DNA from: Halorussus marinus
GTDB lineage: Archaea; Halobacteriota; Halobacteria; Halobacteriales; Haladaptataceae
Direction: 5' to 3'
Assembly (NCBI RefSeq): GCF_004765795.1
Contig: NZ_SBIV01000008.1
Location: forward strand, 1-64,000
Length of the DNA: 64,000 nt
The position numbers were made by a program, and so were the translations under genes. Below the pieces are notes generated by a model that saw nothing but the letters and a program-made list of their open reading frames with translations, did no database searches and was not told the DNA's origin. Below, one piece after another: positions 19,929 through 29,861 of the stretch (positions are counted from its first letter, which is position 1; every line of letters starts with the position of its first letter).

Positions 19929-20173
19929 CTACTCCTCTTTTTCTTCGGGACAGAGCTGTTCGGGGGTCCGTTCGTACCGGGGCGTCGAGACGAACCGCTC
20001 GATGCGTTCGCGTTCGTCCTCCGAGAGCGTCATAGACGATGGGACTCACGGAAGGGGTAAAAAGACGGCGGGCAACTGTCAGATCGCCGTCCATCCGGCA
20101 CGGCCGCGCCGGCCGACTCGAATCGTCGACTCGGGAACAAATATTTTATACCGGGAACGACCAGCAGAAACCG

Positions 20174-20374
20174 TTGAAGAAAACGCTGTCCGCAGTCGTC
20201 GGCCGGGTGAAACGCTACCTCGGGTCGTCGACTTCCGAGTCCGAAGAGGGGGGTCGCGACGCCGGGCCCGACCTCTACGAGTGTCGGGGCTGTGGCGAGG
20301 TGTTCATCTCGCGTCCGTCGGAGTGTTCGAACTGCGAGAACGACGACTTCGCGAACGTCGGCAAGTTTCGGTGA
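20174..20374 (+). CDS. Small zinc-finger protein (CxxC...CxxC)
   Basis: LYECRGCG...CSNC; TTG start ~25 nt after TATA-like TTTTATA (20144-20150). Confidence 0.55.
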   Translation: MKKTLSAVVGRVKRYLGSSTSESEEGGRDAGPDLYECRGCGEVFISRPSECSNCENDDFANVGKFR

Positions 20375-20864
20375 CAGCAATCGAGGGTCGGTATCTCTCC
20401 GACCGTCCGAGCGGGGTACCATCGGAGCGAACGCCTACCCTGTGCTCACCGACCCGTACCACCGGTGATTCGGTTCGGTACGATGGGCCCCACGAAGCCG
20501 CCGGCGCGTCGGCTGTGTTGTATTCGGGAGATCGCGGCGGGGCGTCGAAGATCACGTCGCCGGCCCGAGAACGACCGGCGCCGCGTCCGATCGTGACTGG
20601 AGCGTAGACAAGCGATCGGATCTCGGGGAGTCGACCGCGACGACCCCCGAGATCACTCCACCGATCCGTCGGGATCAACGAGCCACTGTCTCGCCGGAAC
20701 CGGGAGTAACTGCACTTTAACGGACAGATTAGCCGCCACGATGGTCTCCGTTCGGCGACGACCCCGAGATCTCGGGGCCACGTTGGTTCGATCGGTCCAG
20801 AAGTCGGCGAAGCGACCGACGGCTCGATCGAGAGTATCGGTTCGAGGAGAGCCGCCGGCTCGGA

Positions 20865-20938
20865 AGCCAGGGGTGGGATTTGAACCCACGAACTCCCGAT
20901 TACAAGTCGGGTGCTTGGACCGCCCAAGCTCCCCTGGC
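20865..20938 (-). tRNA. tRNA-Thr(TGT)
   Basis: Cloverleaf GCCAGGG...CCCGA-CT-TGT-AA-TCGGG...GTTCAAATC...CCCTGGC-T. Confidence 0.95.
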
Positions 20939-20955
20939 GCGGATCGACGTTCGCG

Positions 20956-21435
20956 CTACTCCTTTGTGAGCGTATCGCTTTCGGGTCGTTTTTCGAGTTC
21001 GACCCTGTGGGGGCGGTAGCCGTGCCGGCGGTAGAACCGCCGGGCGGCGTCGTTGTCGGCCAGCACGTCGAGCACGACCGTGTCGACGCCGGCCTCGGCC
21101 AGCGCGGACTCGGCGGCGCCGAGCAGTTCCGAGCCGATCCCCTCGCCGCGTCGGTCGGGGTCGACGTAGATGTTCCGGACGACGCCGCGGTCGACGTCCT
21201 GTTCGTAGGCGCCCGACTCCGTGGCGAAGCCGACGAAGCCGACGATCGAGTCTGCCTCCCGAGCGACCAACAGCCGGTCGGCGACCGACTGTCGGACGAA
21301 GGCCTCGCGGACGGTCTCGCGGTTCTCCTCGGCGAGCAGGTGCGAGCCGAACGCCCGCTGGCTCGCGGCCAGTTCGACCCACCGATCGGCCACCGCGCCC
21401 GCGTCCTCGACCGTGGCGGCTTCGACGACGACCAT
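20956..21435 (-). CDS. GNAT family N-acetyltransferase
   Basis: YVDPDRRGEGIGSELL, NDAARRFYRRHGY. Confidence 0.9.
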   Translation of the reverse strand: MVVVEAATVEDAGAVADRWVELAASQRAFGSHLLAEENRETVREAFVRQSVADRLLVAREADSIVGFVGFATESGAYEQDVDRGVVRNIYVDPDRRGEGIGSELLGAAESALAEAGVDTVVLDVLADNDAARRFYRRHGYRPHRVELEKRPESDTLTKE

Positions 21436-22635
21436 TCACCCGCGCAGTACTTCGACCGCCGGGAGCCGTTCGCCGGTGAGCATGGCGAGCGCCGCGCCCC
21501 CACCGGTGCTGACGTGGTCGAACCCCTCGATTCCGAACCGGCGGATGGCCGCGGCCGTGTCGCCGCCCCCGACCACGCTGTACTCGGCGTCGGTCGCGGT
21601 CTCGAAGAGCCGCCGGGTCCCGTCGGCGAACGTCTCGTCCTCGAAGACGCCCGCCGGTCCGTTGAGCACTACCGTCCCCGGCCCCGTGACGGTCTCGCCG
21701 TACGCCTCGACGGTCGCCGCGCCGATGTCCATCGCGGCCTCGCCCTCCTCGGGCGGGAGGTCGGCCACTCGGATCTCGTGGCGGTCGCCGTCGCGCTCGA
21801 CCGCCACGTCCTCGGGGAGCCGGATCCGATCGCCGTGTTCGGCCAACAGGTCGGCCGCCCGGTCGATCTCGTCCCAGTAGCCCTGCTCGTAGATGAAATC
21901 GGCCGACGCGTCGCCGAGGTCGACGCCGTCGGCGAGGAGGAAGACGTTCGCGACCACCCCGGTCGTCAGCACCGCGTCGGCGAGCCCCCGGTCGAGGACG
22001 CTCTCGACGACCGCCAGCGAGTCGGGCACCTTCGCGCCCCCGACCACGTAGGTCCGGGGCTCGGGGGTTCCCTCCATGCCGCCAAGCACGTCGAGTTCGC
22101 GTTCCATCACCCGTCCGGCGTACCCCGGAAGCTCGACCGGCAGGCCGACGAGCGAGGGTTGCGAGCGGTGAGCGGCCGCGAACGCGTCGTTGACGTAGGC
22201 GTCGAGCGCCGGGGCGAGTCCCTCGACCAGATGGGTCTCGGCGGCTCGTTCCGGGGGAAACTCCATGTACTCCTCGCTGTAGAAGCGAGTGTTCTCCAGG
22301 ACGACCGCCTCGCCGTCGCCGAGCCCCTCGACTGCCCGGCGGGCGTCGCTCGAAAACGTCGCGTCGGTGTACCCGACGGGGGCGTCGAGCAGTTCGTCGA
22401 GGCGGTCGGCGTGGGTCCGGAGAGGGCTGAACTGGTCGCCGCCGGGTCGGCCCTGGTGGGCGAGCACCGCGACCCGGCCGCCGCGGTCGAGCAGTTCCGA
22501 GAGGGTATCGACGTGCGCGCGGAGTCGAGCGTCGTCCGCGAGATCGCCGTCGTCGGTGAGCGGACTGTTGATGTCGATTCGAACGCCGAGTGTGGTCCCT
22601 TGAACGGCGAGGTCGTCAAGGGTCTGGATCGCCAT
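21436..22635 (-). CDS. pgk: Phosphoglycerate kinase
   Basis: RIDINSP, HQGRPG, LENTRF, NDAFAAAHRS, GGGDT, STGGGA. Confidence 0.96.
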   Translation of the reverse strand: MAIQTLDDLAVQGTTLGVRIDINSPLTDDGDLADDARLRAHVDTLSELLDRGGRVAVLAHQGRPGGDQFSPLRTHADRLDELLDAPVGYTDATFSSDARRAVEGLGDGEAVVLENTRFYSEEYMEFPPERAAETHLVEGLAPALDAYVNDAFAAAHRSQPSLVGLPVELPGYAGRVMERELDVLGGMEGTPEPRTYVVGGAKVPDSLAVVESVLDRGLADAVLTTGVVANVFLLADGVDLGDASADFIYEQGYWDEIDRAADLLAEHGDRIRLPEDVAVERDGDRHEIRVADLPPEEGEAAMDIGAATVEAYGETVTGPGTVVLNGPAGVFEDETFADGTRRLFETATDAEYSVVGGGDTAAAIRRFGIEGFDHVSTGGGAALAMLTGERLPAVEVLRG

Positions 22636-22912
22636 ACGTGTCCGTGCGACAGCGCGAGCAATATATGTGTCGGGCTGGACGACAGATACAAATTCGGTAG
22701 CGAGTGAATTGTTTGAGTCACCGACCATGCGACCGCGAGTTCGGCGACCCGACCCACTTTCACACGGCGGTCCGTGTCGGACGGATTCGGGCGCTAGCGG
22801 CGCTCTCGACCGGTCGGTCGCGCGGAAACGACGCCAATACGCACGTTATTCAACTGTTTACCTGAATTGATAGGCTCATACTTATGTCAGATGATGTTGG
22901 AGTTGTACTGCC

Positions 22913-24223
22913 ATGTCATACCACACGAGAAGGCGTGACGTCCTTCGGGGCGTCGGCGCGATTGGCACGATCGGTCTCGCGGGGCAGGTGGGTGCGACCG
23001 CGAGCGCGAGTCAGGACGGCGGTCCGGACCTGCTGACGGTGATCGGCTACCCCGAGAGCGGCATCCAGTTGTTCCGGGACTACTACAGCGTCTCGGACGG
23101 CGCCGAGGACATCCTGATCCCCGACGGGCTTCAGGACGCCGCGCTCCCCGGACAGGTCGGCAATCCGATGGACAACGTCACCGGCACCGCTCCGGCCGCC
23201 GGGGGGCCCAATCAGGAGGCGTTCACTCAGCTCTTCCGCGACGAGTACGACGCCAGTCCGGGCGTGTTCACGTCCCAGTCGTACGACTCGACGGCGGCGC
23301 TCGTGCTGGCGAACGTCGCCGCCGGCGAGAACAGCGGGCCCGCGATCAGAGATCAACTCCGTCGGATCGCGAACCCCGACGGCGAGGAGTACGGCCCCGA
23401 GCGGTTCGTCGAGGCGGTCGAAGCCGTCGCGAACGGGGAGAACATCAACTACCAGGGCGCGTCGAGCGCGGTGAACTTCGACGAGAACGGCGACCCGGCG
23501 TCGGCGGCCTACTCCATCTGGGAGTTCGGCGGCATCGACGCCGAATCGGTCGAGACCATGGAGACCCAGACGTTCGAGGGCGAGAACCCCGAGGGCGCGG
23601 GTCCCAGCGCCGAGGAGTCGCCGGGCGGGACGGGCCGCGAGGTGAGCGTCGGTATCCTCCTGCCCGAGACCGGCGATCTGGCGTCGGTCGGCCAGCCCAT
23701 GATTCGAGCGGCCGAGCTTCCGGTCCAACAGGTCAACGAGTCCGACCTCGATCTGACGGTCAACGCCCAGTTCGAGGACACGAACACCTCGCCCGATCAG
23801 GGGGTCAGCGGCGCGCAGTCGCTCATCAGTTCGGGCGTGCCGGCGGTGTGTGGCACCGCGTCGTCGGGCGTGAACGTCCCGGTGTCCCAAGAGGTGTTCA
23901 TCCCGAACGAGGTCGTCGGGTGCTCGCCGTCGAGCACCGCGCTGTCGGTGACGAATCTCGAAGACGACGACTTCATCTTCCGGACGGCCCCGAGCGACCA
24001 GCTTCAGGGGCGGGTCATGGCGCAGGTCGCCTCCGAGCGACTCGGCGCCCAGAGCGCGGCGACCCTGTACGTCAACAACGACTACGGCCAGCAGCTCTCA
24101 GAGCGGTTCAGCGGCGTCTTCGAAGAGGAGTTCGACGGCGAGGTGTACGACCAGATCAGCTTCAACATCGGCGAATCGTCGTACACCAGCGTCATCAATC
24201 AGGCGCTGTCGAGCGGTAACTGA
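22913..24223 (+). CDS. Branched-chain amino acid ABC substrate-binding protein (LivJ/K-like), Tat signal, circularly permuted
   Basis: RRRDVLR Tat motif; GILLPETGDLAS and FRTAPSD motifs located in the C-terminal half. Confidence 0.85.
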   Translation: MSYHTRRRDVLRGVGAIGTIGLAGQVGATASASQDGGPDLLTVIGYPESGIQLFRDYYSVSDGAEDILIPDGLQDAALPGQVGNPMDNVTGTAPAAGGPNQEAFTQLFRDEYDASPGVFTSQSYDSTAALVLANVAAGENSGPAIRDQLRRIANPDGEEYGPERFVEAVEAVANGENINYQGASSAVNFDENGDPASAAYSIWEFGGIDAESVETMETQTFEGENPEGAGPSAEESPGGTGREVSVGILLPETGDLASVGQPMIRAAELPVQQVNESDLDLTVNAQFEDTNTSPDQGVSGAQSLISSGVPAVCGTASSGVNVPVSQEVFIPNEVVGCSPSSTALSVTNLEDDDFIFRTAPSDQLQGRVMAQVASERLGAQSAATLYVNNDYGQQLSERFSGVFEEEFDGEVYDQISFNIGESSYTSVINQALSSGN

Positions 24224-24323
24224 CCCGCGTTTTCGCGGCCTTCGGACCGCCTCGCCGATCGGCTGACCGACCCGCCGACGGTCGCGACCGGCGGGCGCCG
24301 TCGGTCCGCATTCGAGGACGAAC

Positions 24324-25028
24324 CTACCCGCCGAGAAACTCCTGTCTGACCTGTTCGTCGTTGAGCAGTTTCCGGCCCTCGTCGACGTACCTGTTCTGTC
24401 CGTTCGCGAGCACGTAGCCCCGATCACACCGCCGAAGCGCTTCCTTGGCGTTTTGCTCGACCATCAGCACCGCGGTCCCGGCGTCGTTGATCTCGTCGAT
24501 CTTGTCGAACATCTCCTCGACGAGGTCGGGCGCCAGCCCCGCGCTCGGCTCGTCGAGCAACAGCAGGTCGGGGTCCAACATCAGCGCCCGGCCCATCGCG
24601 AGCATCTGCTGTTGGCCGCCCGACATCGTGCCGGCCTTCTGGTCCCGGCGCTCTTCGAGGATCGGGAACCGCTCGTACACCTCCCGGAGCGCCGCCTCCG
24701 GAACTTCGTCGAGGATGTACGCGCCCATCTCTAAGTTCTCCCGGACGTTCAGCGCCGCGAACACGTTGTCGCTCTGGGGGACGTAGCCCATCCCCTTGTG
24801 GATGACGTCCTCGGGCTTCGTGGCGGTGATGTCCTCGCCGGCGAACGTCACCGTCCCGGCCATGTGGGTCGTCAGTCCGAACACCGACTTCATCACCGTC
24901 GACTTGCCCGCGCCGTTCGGCCCAACGATAGTGACGTACTCGTCGGCGCCGACGTCGAGGTCGACGTCGGTGAGGATCTGGAGGTCGCCGTAGCCGGCGT
25001 CGAGGTCCCGCACCTCCAGCAGGCTCAT
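24324..25028 (-). CDS. livF: Branched-chain amino acid ABC ATPase
   Basis: GPNGAGKS, MSGGQQQMLAMGRAL, DEPSAGLAP. Confidence 0.9.
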   Translation of the reverse strand: MSLLEVRDLDAGYGDLQILTDVDLDVGADEYVTIVGPNGAGKSTVMKSVFGLTTHMAGTVTFAGEDITATKPEDVIHKGMGYVPQSDNVFAALNVRENLEMGAYILDEVPEAALREVYERFPILEERRDQKAGTMSGGQQQMLAMGRALMLDPDLLLLDEPSAGLAPDLVEEMFDKIDEINDAGTAVLMVEQNAKEALRRCDRGYVLANGQNRYVDEGRKLLNDEQVRQEFLGG

Positions 25029-25858
25029 ACCTCACCCCCGAGGTACGCCTCGATGACGTCCTCGCTCTGTTTGACCTCCGTCGGCGTGCCGTCCTTCAGG
25101 ATCCGGCCCTGATGCATCACGATGACCCGCTCGCAGTTGTTCATGATGAGGTCCATATCGTGTTCCACGATGAGGAAGGTGTAGCCCTGCTCGCGGAGTT
25201 CGTGGACGTGCGCGAGCAGTCGCTTCTCCAGCGAGGGGTTGACGCCCGCGAACGGCTCGTCGAGCAACAGCACGTCCGGGTCGGTCAGGAGCGCTCGCCC
25301 CATCTCGAGCAGTTTGCGCTGGCCCCCCGAGAGGTTGCCGGCGTACTCCTCGGCGAGGTGATCGATCTCGAAGAAGTCGAGGACCTCCCAGACGCGTTCG
25401 AGCTGGTCGAGTTCCTGACTCCGGACGTCGTTTCGCAGGCCCGGGGTGACCGACCGCCACAGCGACTCGCCGACCTGGCCCTTCGGCGCGAGCATCATGT
25501 TCTCCAGAACGGTCATCTCCTCTAGCTCGCGGGCGATCTGGAAGGTCCGGGCCAGACCTCGGTTGGCGATCTCGTGGGGCGCCAGCCCCGTGATGTCCTC
25601 GCCGTTGAACCGGACCGCGCCGTCGTCGGGGTCGTGCATCCCGGTGATGAGGTTGAACGTCGTCGACTTGCCCGCGCCGTTCGGGCCGATGAGCCCGGTG
25701 AGCGTCCCCTTCTCGACCTCGAAGCTCACGTCGTCGACCGCGACGATGCCGCCGAACGTCTTCCGGAGCCCCTCGACTTCGAGCGGCGTCGATCGGTCGA
25801 CCGCCGCGTCCTCGACCGGGATGGCGGGGTCCTCGGCGGACTCGTCGGCTTCGCTCAC
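25025..25858 (-). CDS. livG: Branched-chain amino acid ABC ATPase
   Basis: GLIGPNGAGKST, RTFQ, EHDM, AYLG. Confidence 0.9.
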   Translation of the reverse strand: MSEADESAEDPAIPVEDAAVDRSTPLEVEGLRKTFGGIVAVDDVSFEVEKGTLTGLIGPNGAGKSTTFNLITGMHDPDDGAVRFNGEDITGLAPHEIANRGLARTFQIARELEEMTVLENMMLAPKGQVGESLWRSVTPGLRNDVRSQELDQLERVWEVLDFFEIDHLAEEYAGNLSGGQRKLLEMGRALLTDPDVLLLDEPFAGVNPSLEKRLLAHVHELREQGYTFLIVEHDMDLIMNNCERVIVMHQGRILKDGTPTEVKQSEDVIEAYLGGEV

Positions 25859-27219
25859 GGGCGTTCACCCCCGTCGGTCGCGGCGGCCTCCTCGGGAGCG
25901 TCGCGGCGGTCGGGCCGCGAGAGGTCGATGGTCGAGGCGGTCTCCTTGCGGTGGCCCAACATGCCCTCGGGTCGGTTGTGCATCAGCCAGATGAGCACGA
26001 CCCCCATGATGACGAGCCGGAGCTGGCTGATGCTGTTGAGCGTGTAGACGAAAAACGGCACCGGGTCGAGCGAGCCGACCGCCGCCATCGCCTGCCCGAA
26101 GCTCCCCGGCCCGTCGCCGAGATCGAGCGCGGCCTCCACGAGGTTCTTGAAGTACCGGGGACCCTCGTACAGCAGGGCCGCGAACACCGCGCCGCCGAGG
26201 AAACTGCCGGTGTTCGAGCCGGCGCCGCCGATGATCAGCGCGATCCAGACGAAGAACGTGATGTTGGGTCGGAACGACGGCGGCGTGATGCTCCCGCGGC
26301 CGGCGTACCAGAGGATGCCACCCAGCCCCATCAGCGCACAGCCGAGCACGAACGACTTGAGCTTGAACCGGTTGGTGTCTTTCCCCAGCGCGTTGGCGAC
26401 GTCCTCGTCTTCCCGGATGGCCTTCAGGACGCGCCCGAACGGCGACTTGCCGGTCCAGGTGAGCAGCCAGTAGTAGAGCCCGACCACGAGCAACAACACG
26501 AGCCCGTACACCACCCCGTCGACGACCGGCTTCGGGTTGTTCGCGATCAGGTTCGACTCGACGAACCCGACGAACCCGAGGTACGGGTCCCAGAGGAACA
26601 GCGTCCGCAGGAGCGCTTCGAGCGGCGACGGATAGTTGAGGATGAGTCCGCCGCCGCCCCCGAGCCCGACCGTGTCCGCCGCGAGATCGATTCCGAGCAC
26701 GGTGTCGGGCACCTGGAAGGTCTGGAACGTCCGGGACATCATCGTAAACCGGACGATCTCCGAGAACGCGATCGTCACGATCGCGAGGTAGTCGGCCCGC
26801 AGTCTGAGCGCGGGGAGCGCGACCAGCAGTCCGAACAGCGCCGCCGCGAGCACGCCCCCGACGACCCCGACGGCGAGCGGGAGCCCGAACCCGCCGACCT
26901 GCGCGGCCCCGCCCTGCGCGACCGGCGGCTTGGTGATCACCGAGGTCACGTAGACGCCGATCCCCATGAACCCGACCACGCCGATGTTGAACAGCCCTGT
27001 GTACCCCCAGTGGAGGTTGAGCGCCAGCGCGAGCATCCCGAACACCCCGATGTAGAACGTGAGGTTGGCGATGGAGTTGAGCTGTCCCCGGAGGCTGTAT
27101 CCGAACACGACGCCCGCGAGTACGTACACCACGTAGATGACCGCGAGCACGGCGAGGACCAGTCCCACGTCCCGGTCCCCGAGGTCGGCTACCCGGTCGC
27201 GGAGGCCGGTGGCGCTCAT
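25855..27219 (-). CDS. livM: Branched-chain amino acid ABC permease
   Basis: GYTGLFNIG, LRADYLAIVT, SPFGRVLKAIREDE. Confidence 0.9.
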   Translation of the reverse strand: MSATGLRDRVADLGDRDVGLVLAVLAVIYVVYVLAGVVFGYSLRGQLNSIANLTFYIGVFGMLALALNLHWGYTGLFNIGVVGFMGIGVYVTSVITKPPVAQGGAAQVGGFGLPLAVGVVGGVLAAALFGLLVALPALRLRADYLAIVTIAFSEIVRFTMMSRTFQTFQVPDTVLGIDLAADTVGLGGGGGLILNYPSPLEALLRTLFLWDPYLGFVGFVESNLIANNPKPVVDGVVYGLVLLLVVGLYYWLLTWTGKSPFGRVLKAIREDEDVANALGKDTNRFKLKSFVLGCALMGLGGILWYAGRGSITPPSFRPNITFFVWIALIIGGAGSNTGSFLGGAVFAALLYEGPRYFKNLVEAALDLGDGPGSFGQAMAAVGSLDPVPFFVYTLNSISQLRLVIMGVVLIWLMHNRPEGMLGHRKETASTIDLSRPDRRDAPEEAAATDGGERP

Positions 27220-28328
27220 GCCGTCGTCCTCCCGCCGAAGATGCCCTTCGGCTTGAACAGCAGGATGACGATCATCACCATGAACGCCGCCGCCCGGCCG
27301 AACTCCGAGGGGACCCAGATGACCGACGTCGAGGCGGTCACGCCGATGATGATGCCGCCGCCGATCGCGCCGTAGATCGACCCGATCCCGCCGAGGATGA
27401 CCGCGGCGAAGATCAACAACAGCAGGAGCCACCCGTCGTTGAACCCGAGAGTTCCCTTCCAGAGGACGAACATGTAGCCGGCGACGCCGGTGAGCCCGCC
27501 GCCGATGATCCATGTGGCGCGGACGACCCGCTCTGTGGGGATGCCGGTGATGCGGGCCAGATCCTCGTTGTCGGACATCGCGCGCATCGCCTTTCCGAGT
27601 TTCGTGCGCTGGAGCAGGAGGTGGACCCCGAGCATCAGCCCGACCGAGACGACGAGCAGCGTCGCGTCGTGGGCCGTGACTCTCACCGTCCCGTCGACGA
27701 CGGGGACGCTGGCCCGAGGGACGAACCCGGCGGCGGTCGTCCCGCGGACGTCGGTGCCGAACACGAACACGAGGAGATACCGGAGCGCGAACGCCACCCC
27801 GATGGAGGTGATCAACAGCGTGATGCCGCTCTCGTCGCGTATCGGCCGGTAGACGACGCGGTCGATCACCAGCGCGAGCGCCACCGTGGCGACGCCCGCG
27901 ACGACCGCTCCGGCGGCGACGGCGATCGGCGACGTGGTGACCCCGATGCCGAGCGCGCCGCCGAACACCGAGCCGCCGGCCCCGACGAGCAACAGCGAGC
28001 CGACGTCCGCCTCACCGAGCCCGGCCAGCAGGTAGGTCACCGCCCACCCCGAGAACGCGCCGGCGGTGATGTAGTCGCCGTGCGAGAAGTTCGCGAAGTT
28101 GAGAATACTGTACGTCATCGAGAGGCCGATGCCGGCGAGGCCGACGATGAGCCCCCGAAGCAGCCCGTCCCAGAGGAGGGCCGCGACGTCGTGAAACTGC
28201 ACGCGCCCGGCCGCCAACCCCGCGGCGAGGAACCACGCCATCCAGAGCCCGATCAGGCCGACCACGATGGCGAGCGGTTGGTCGACGACGAGTCGCCGAC
28301 CGCGCACGTACGTTTCGGAAACACCCAT
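27216..28328 (-). CDS. livH: Branched-chain amino acid ABC permease
   Basis: NFANFSHGD, TKLGKAMRA, ILGGIGS. Confidence 0.9.
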   Translation of the reverse strand: MGVSETYVRGRRLVVDQPLAIVVGLIGLWMAWFLAAGLAAGRVQFHDVAALLWDGLLRGLIVGLAGIGLSMTYSILNFANFSHGDYITAGAFSGWAVTYLLAGLGEADVGSLLLVGAGGSVFGGALGIGVTTSPIAVAAGAVVAGVATVALALVIDRVVYRPIRDESGITLLITSIGVAFALRYLLVFVFGTDVRGTTAAGFVPRASVPVVDGTVRVTAHDATLLVVSVGLMLGVHLLLQRTKLGKAMRAMSDNEDLARITGIPTERVVRATWIIGGGLTGVAGYMFVLWKGTLGFNDGWLLLLLIFAAVILGGIGSIYGAIGGGIIIGVTASTSVIWVPSEFGRAAAFMVMIVILLFKPKGIFGGRTTA

Positions 28329-28499
28329 TCGATAACACTCCCCACACGAAGTGCGGAATCGATCTATAAGAAGATTTGCGACCGATAATCGGTATAGGGG
28401 ACGACAAAGCGCTCGTTTTCGACGGCGGCCGCCGGCCGAGTAGCGGTAACGTGACGTTACGGTTCCGGGACCGACGTGTCGAACCCGAACCGCAGGGGT

Positions 28500-29861
28500 T
28501 CAGTCGTCGCTGGCCGTTGCGACGGCTTCCGCGCCCACGTCGGGTTCGTTTCGTAGACACGACGACTGGTGGCCGTCACCGTGGTCGAGGAGTTCGGGTT
28601 TGGTCTCCTCGCACGGCGTCGTGAACACCTCCATCAGCGTCTCGGTTGCCGCCTCGACGTCGTCGTCGACCATCCGGTCGAGCGCGTCCGAGAGCACGCG
28701 CTCGGCCTCGGGGTCCGACAGCTGTTCGGGGAGGTCGAACTCGGCGCGGATCTCTGCTTTGACGGCGTCGGGCGGGACCGACTCGGGGTCGGTGTCGGTC
28801 TCGGCGGCCACGAACTCCCGGACGCTCTCGACGTCGATCTCGCGGGCGATCGCTCGATCCCGGAGGTTCAGCACCGACCGCCACGCGGACTGGTCCAGGT
28901 CGAACTCCTCGGACTGGATCACGCGGTGACACCGCGTGTGGAACCGACAGCCGCTGGGCGGGTCGCTCGGGCTCGGGACGGTGCCTTTCAGCTCGATGCC
29001 CTCGTGGGTCGACCGCGGGTCGGGGTTCGGGATCGCCGACAAAAGCGCCTCGGTGTAGGGGTGTGCGGGGTCCGAGAAGATCTGTTCGGTCTTCCCGATC
29101 TCGACGATCTCGCCGAGGTACATCACCGCGACCCGGTCACACACCTCGCGGATCACGGACATGTCGTGGCTGATGAAAAGCAACGACAGCCCGAACTCCT
29201 CTTGGAGGTCGTTGATCAGCGACAGGATCTCGGCCTTGATCGAGACGTCGAGCGCCGACACCGGTTCGTCGGCCACGATGAAGTCGGGGTTGAGCACGAG
29301 CGCGCGCGCCAGCGCGATCCGCTGTTTCTGGCCGCCGGAGAACTCGTGAGGGTACCGATCGTAGTCGTCGGCCGAGAGGCCGACGCGTTCGAGCAAGTTC
29401 TGGACGATGCGGCGCCGGCGGTCCCTGTCGGTCATCCCGTGGACCTGCAGGAGTTCGGCGACCGAGTTGCCGACGGTCATCCGGGGGTCGAAGCTCGAAG
29501 AGGGGTCCTGAAAGATCATCTGGGCGTCCCGGCGGAACGCCTTCAGTTCCCGCTCGTCGAACCGCGTGACGTCGTTCGGGTGGGTGCCGTCGTCGTTGCG
29601 CGTCCGACCGGCCCGTCCGCCGCCGTTGAACAGGACCTCCCCGCCGGTGGCGTCTTCGAGCCGAATGATCGACGACCCGGCGGTCGACTTCCCACAGCCC
29701 GACTCGCCGACCAGTCCGAGCGTCTCGCCCGGGTAGATGTCGAAGCTGACGCCGTCGACGGCCTTCGCGGCCCCGACCTGTCGGGAGAGGATTCCCTCCT
29801 TGATCGGGTAGTGTTTCTTGAGGTCCCGGACCGAGACCAGCGGCTCGTCGGGATCAGTCAT
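28500..29861 (-). CDS. dppF: Oligopeptide/dipeptide ABC ATPase (OppF/DppF-like)
   Basis: [36 protein letters not shown]. Confidence 0.88.
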   Translation of the reverse strand: MTDPDEPLVSVRDLKKHYPIKEGILSRQVGAAKAVDGVSFDIYPGETLGLVGESGCGKSTAGSSIIRLEDATGGEVLFNGGGRAGRTRNDDGTHPNDVTRFDERELKAFRRDAQMIFQDPSSSFDPRMTVGNSVAELLQVHGMTDRDRRRRIVQNLLERVGLSADDYDRYPHEFSGGQKQRIALARALVLNPDFIVADEPVSALDVSIKAEILSLINDLQEEFGLSLLFISHDMSVIREVCDRVAVMYLGEIVEIGKTEQIFSDPAHPYTEALLSAIPNPDPRSTHEGIELKGTVPSPSDPPSGCRFHTRCHRVIQSEEFDLDQSAWRSVLNLRDRAIAREIDVESVREFVAAETDTDPESVPPDAVKAEIRAEFDLPEQLSDPEAERVLSDALDRMVDDDVEAATETLMEVFTTPCEETKPELLDHGDGHQSSCLRNEPDVGAEAVATASDD

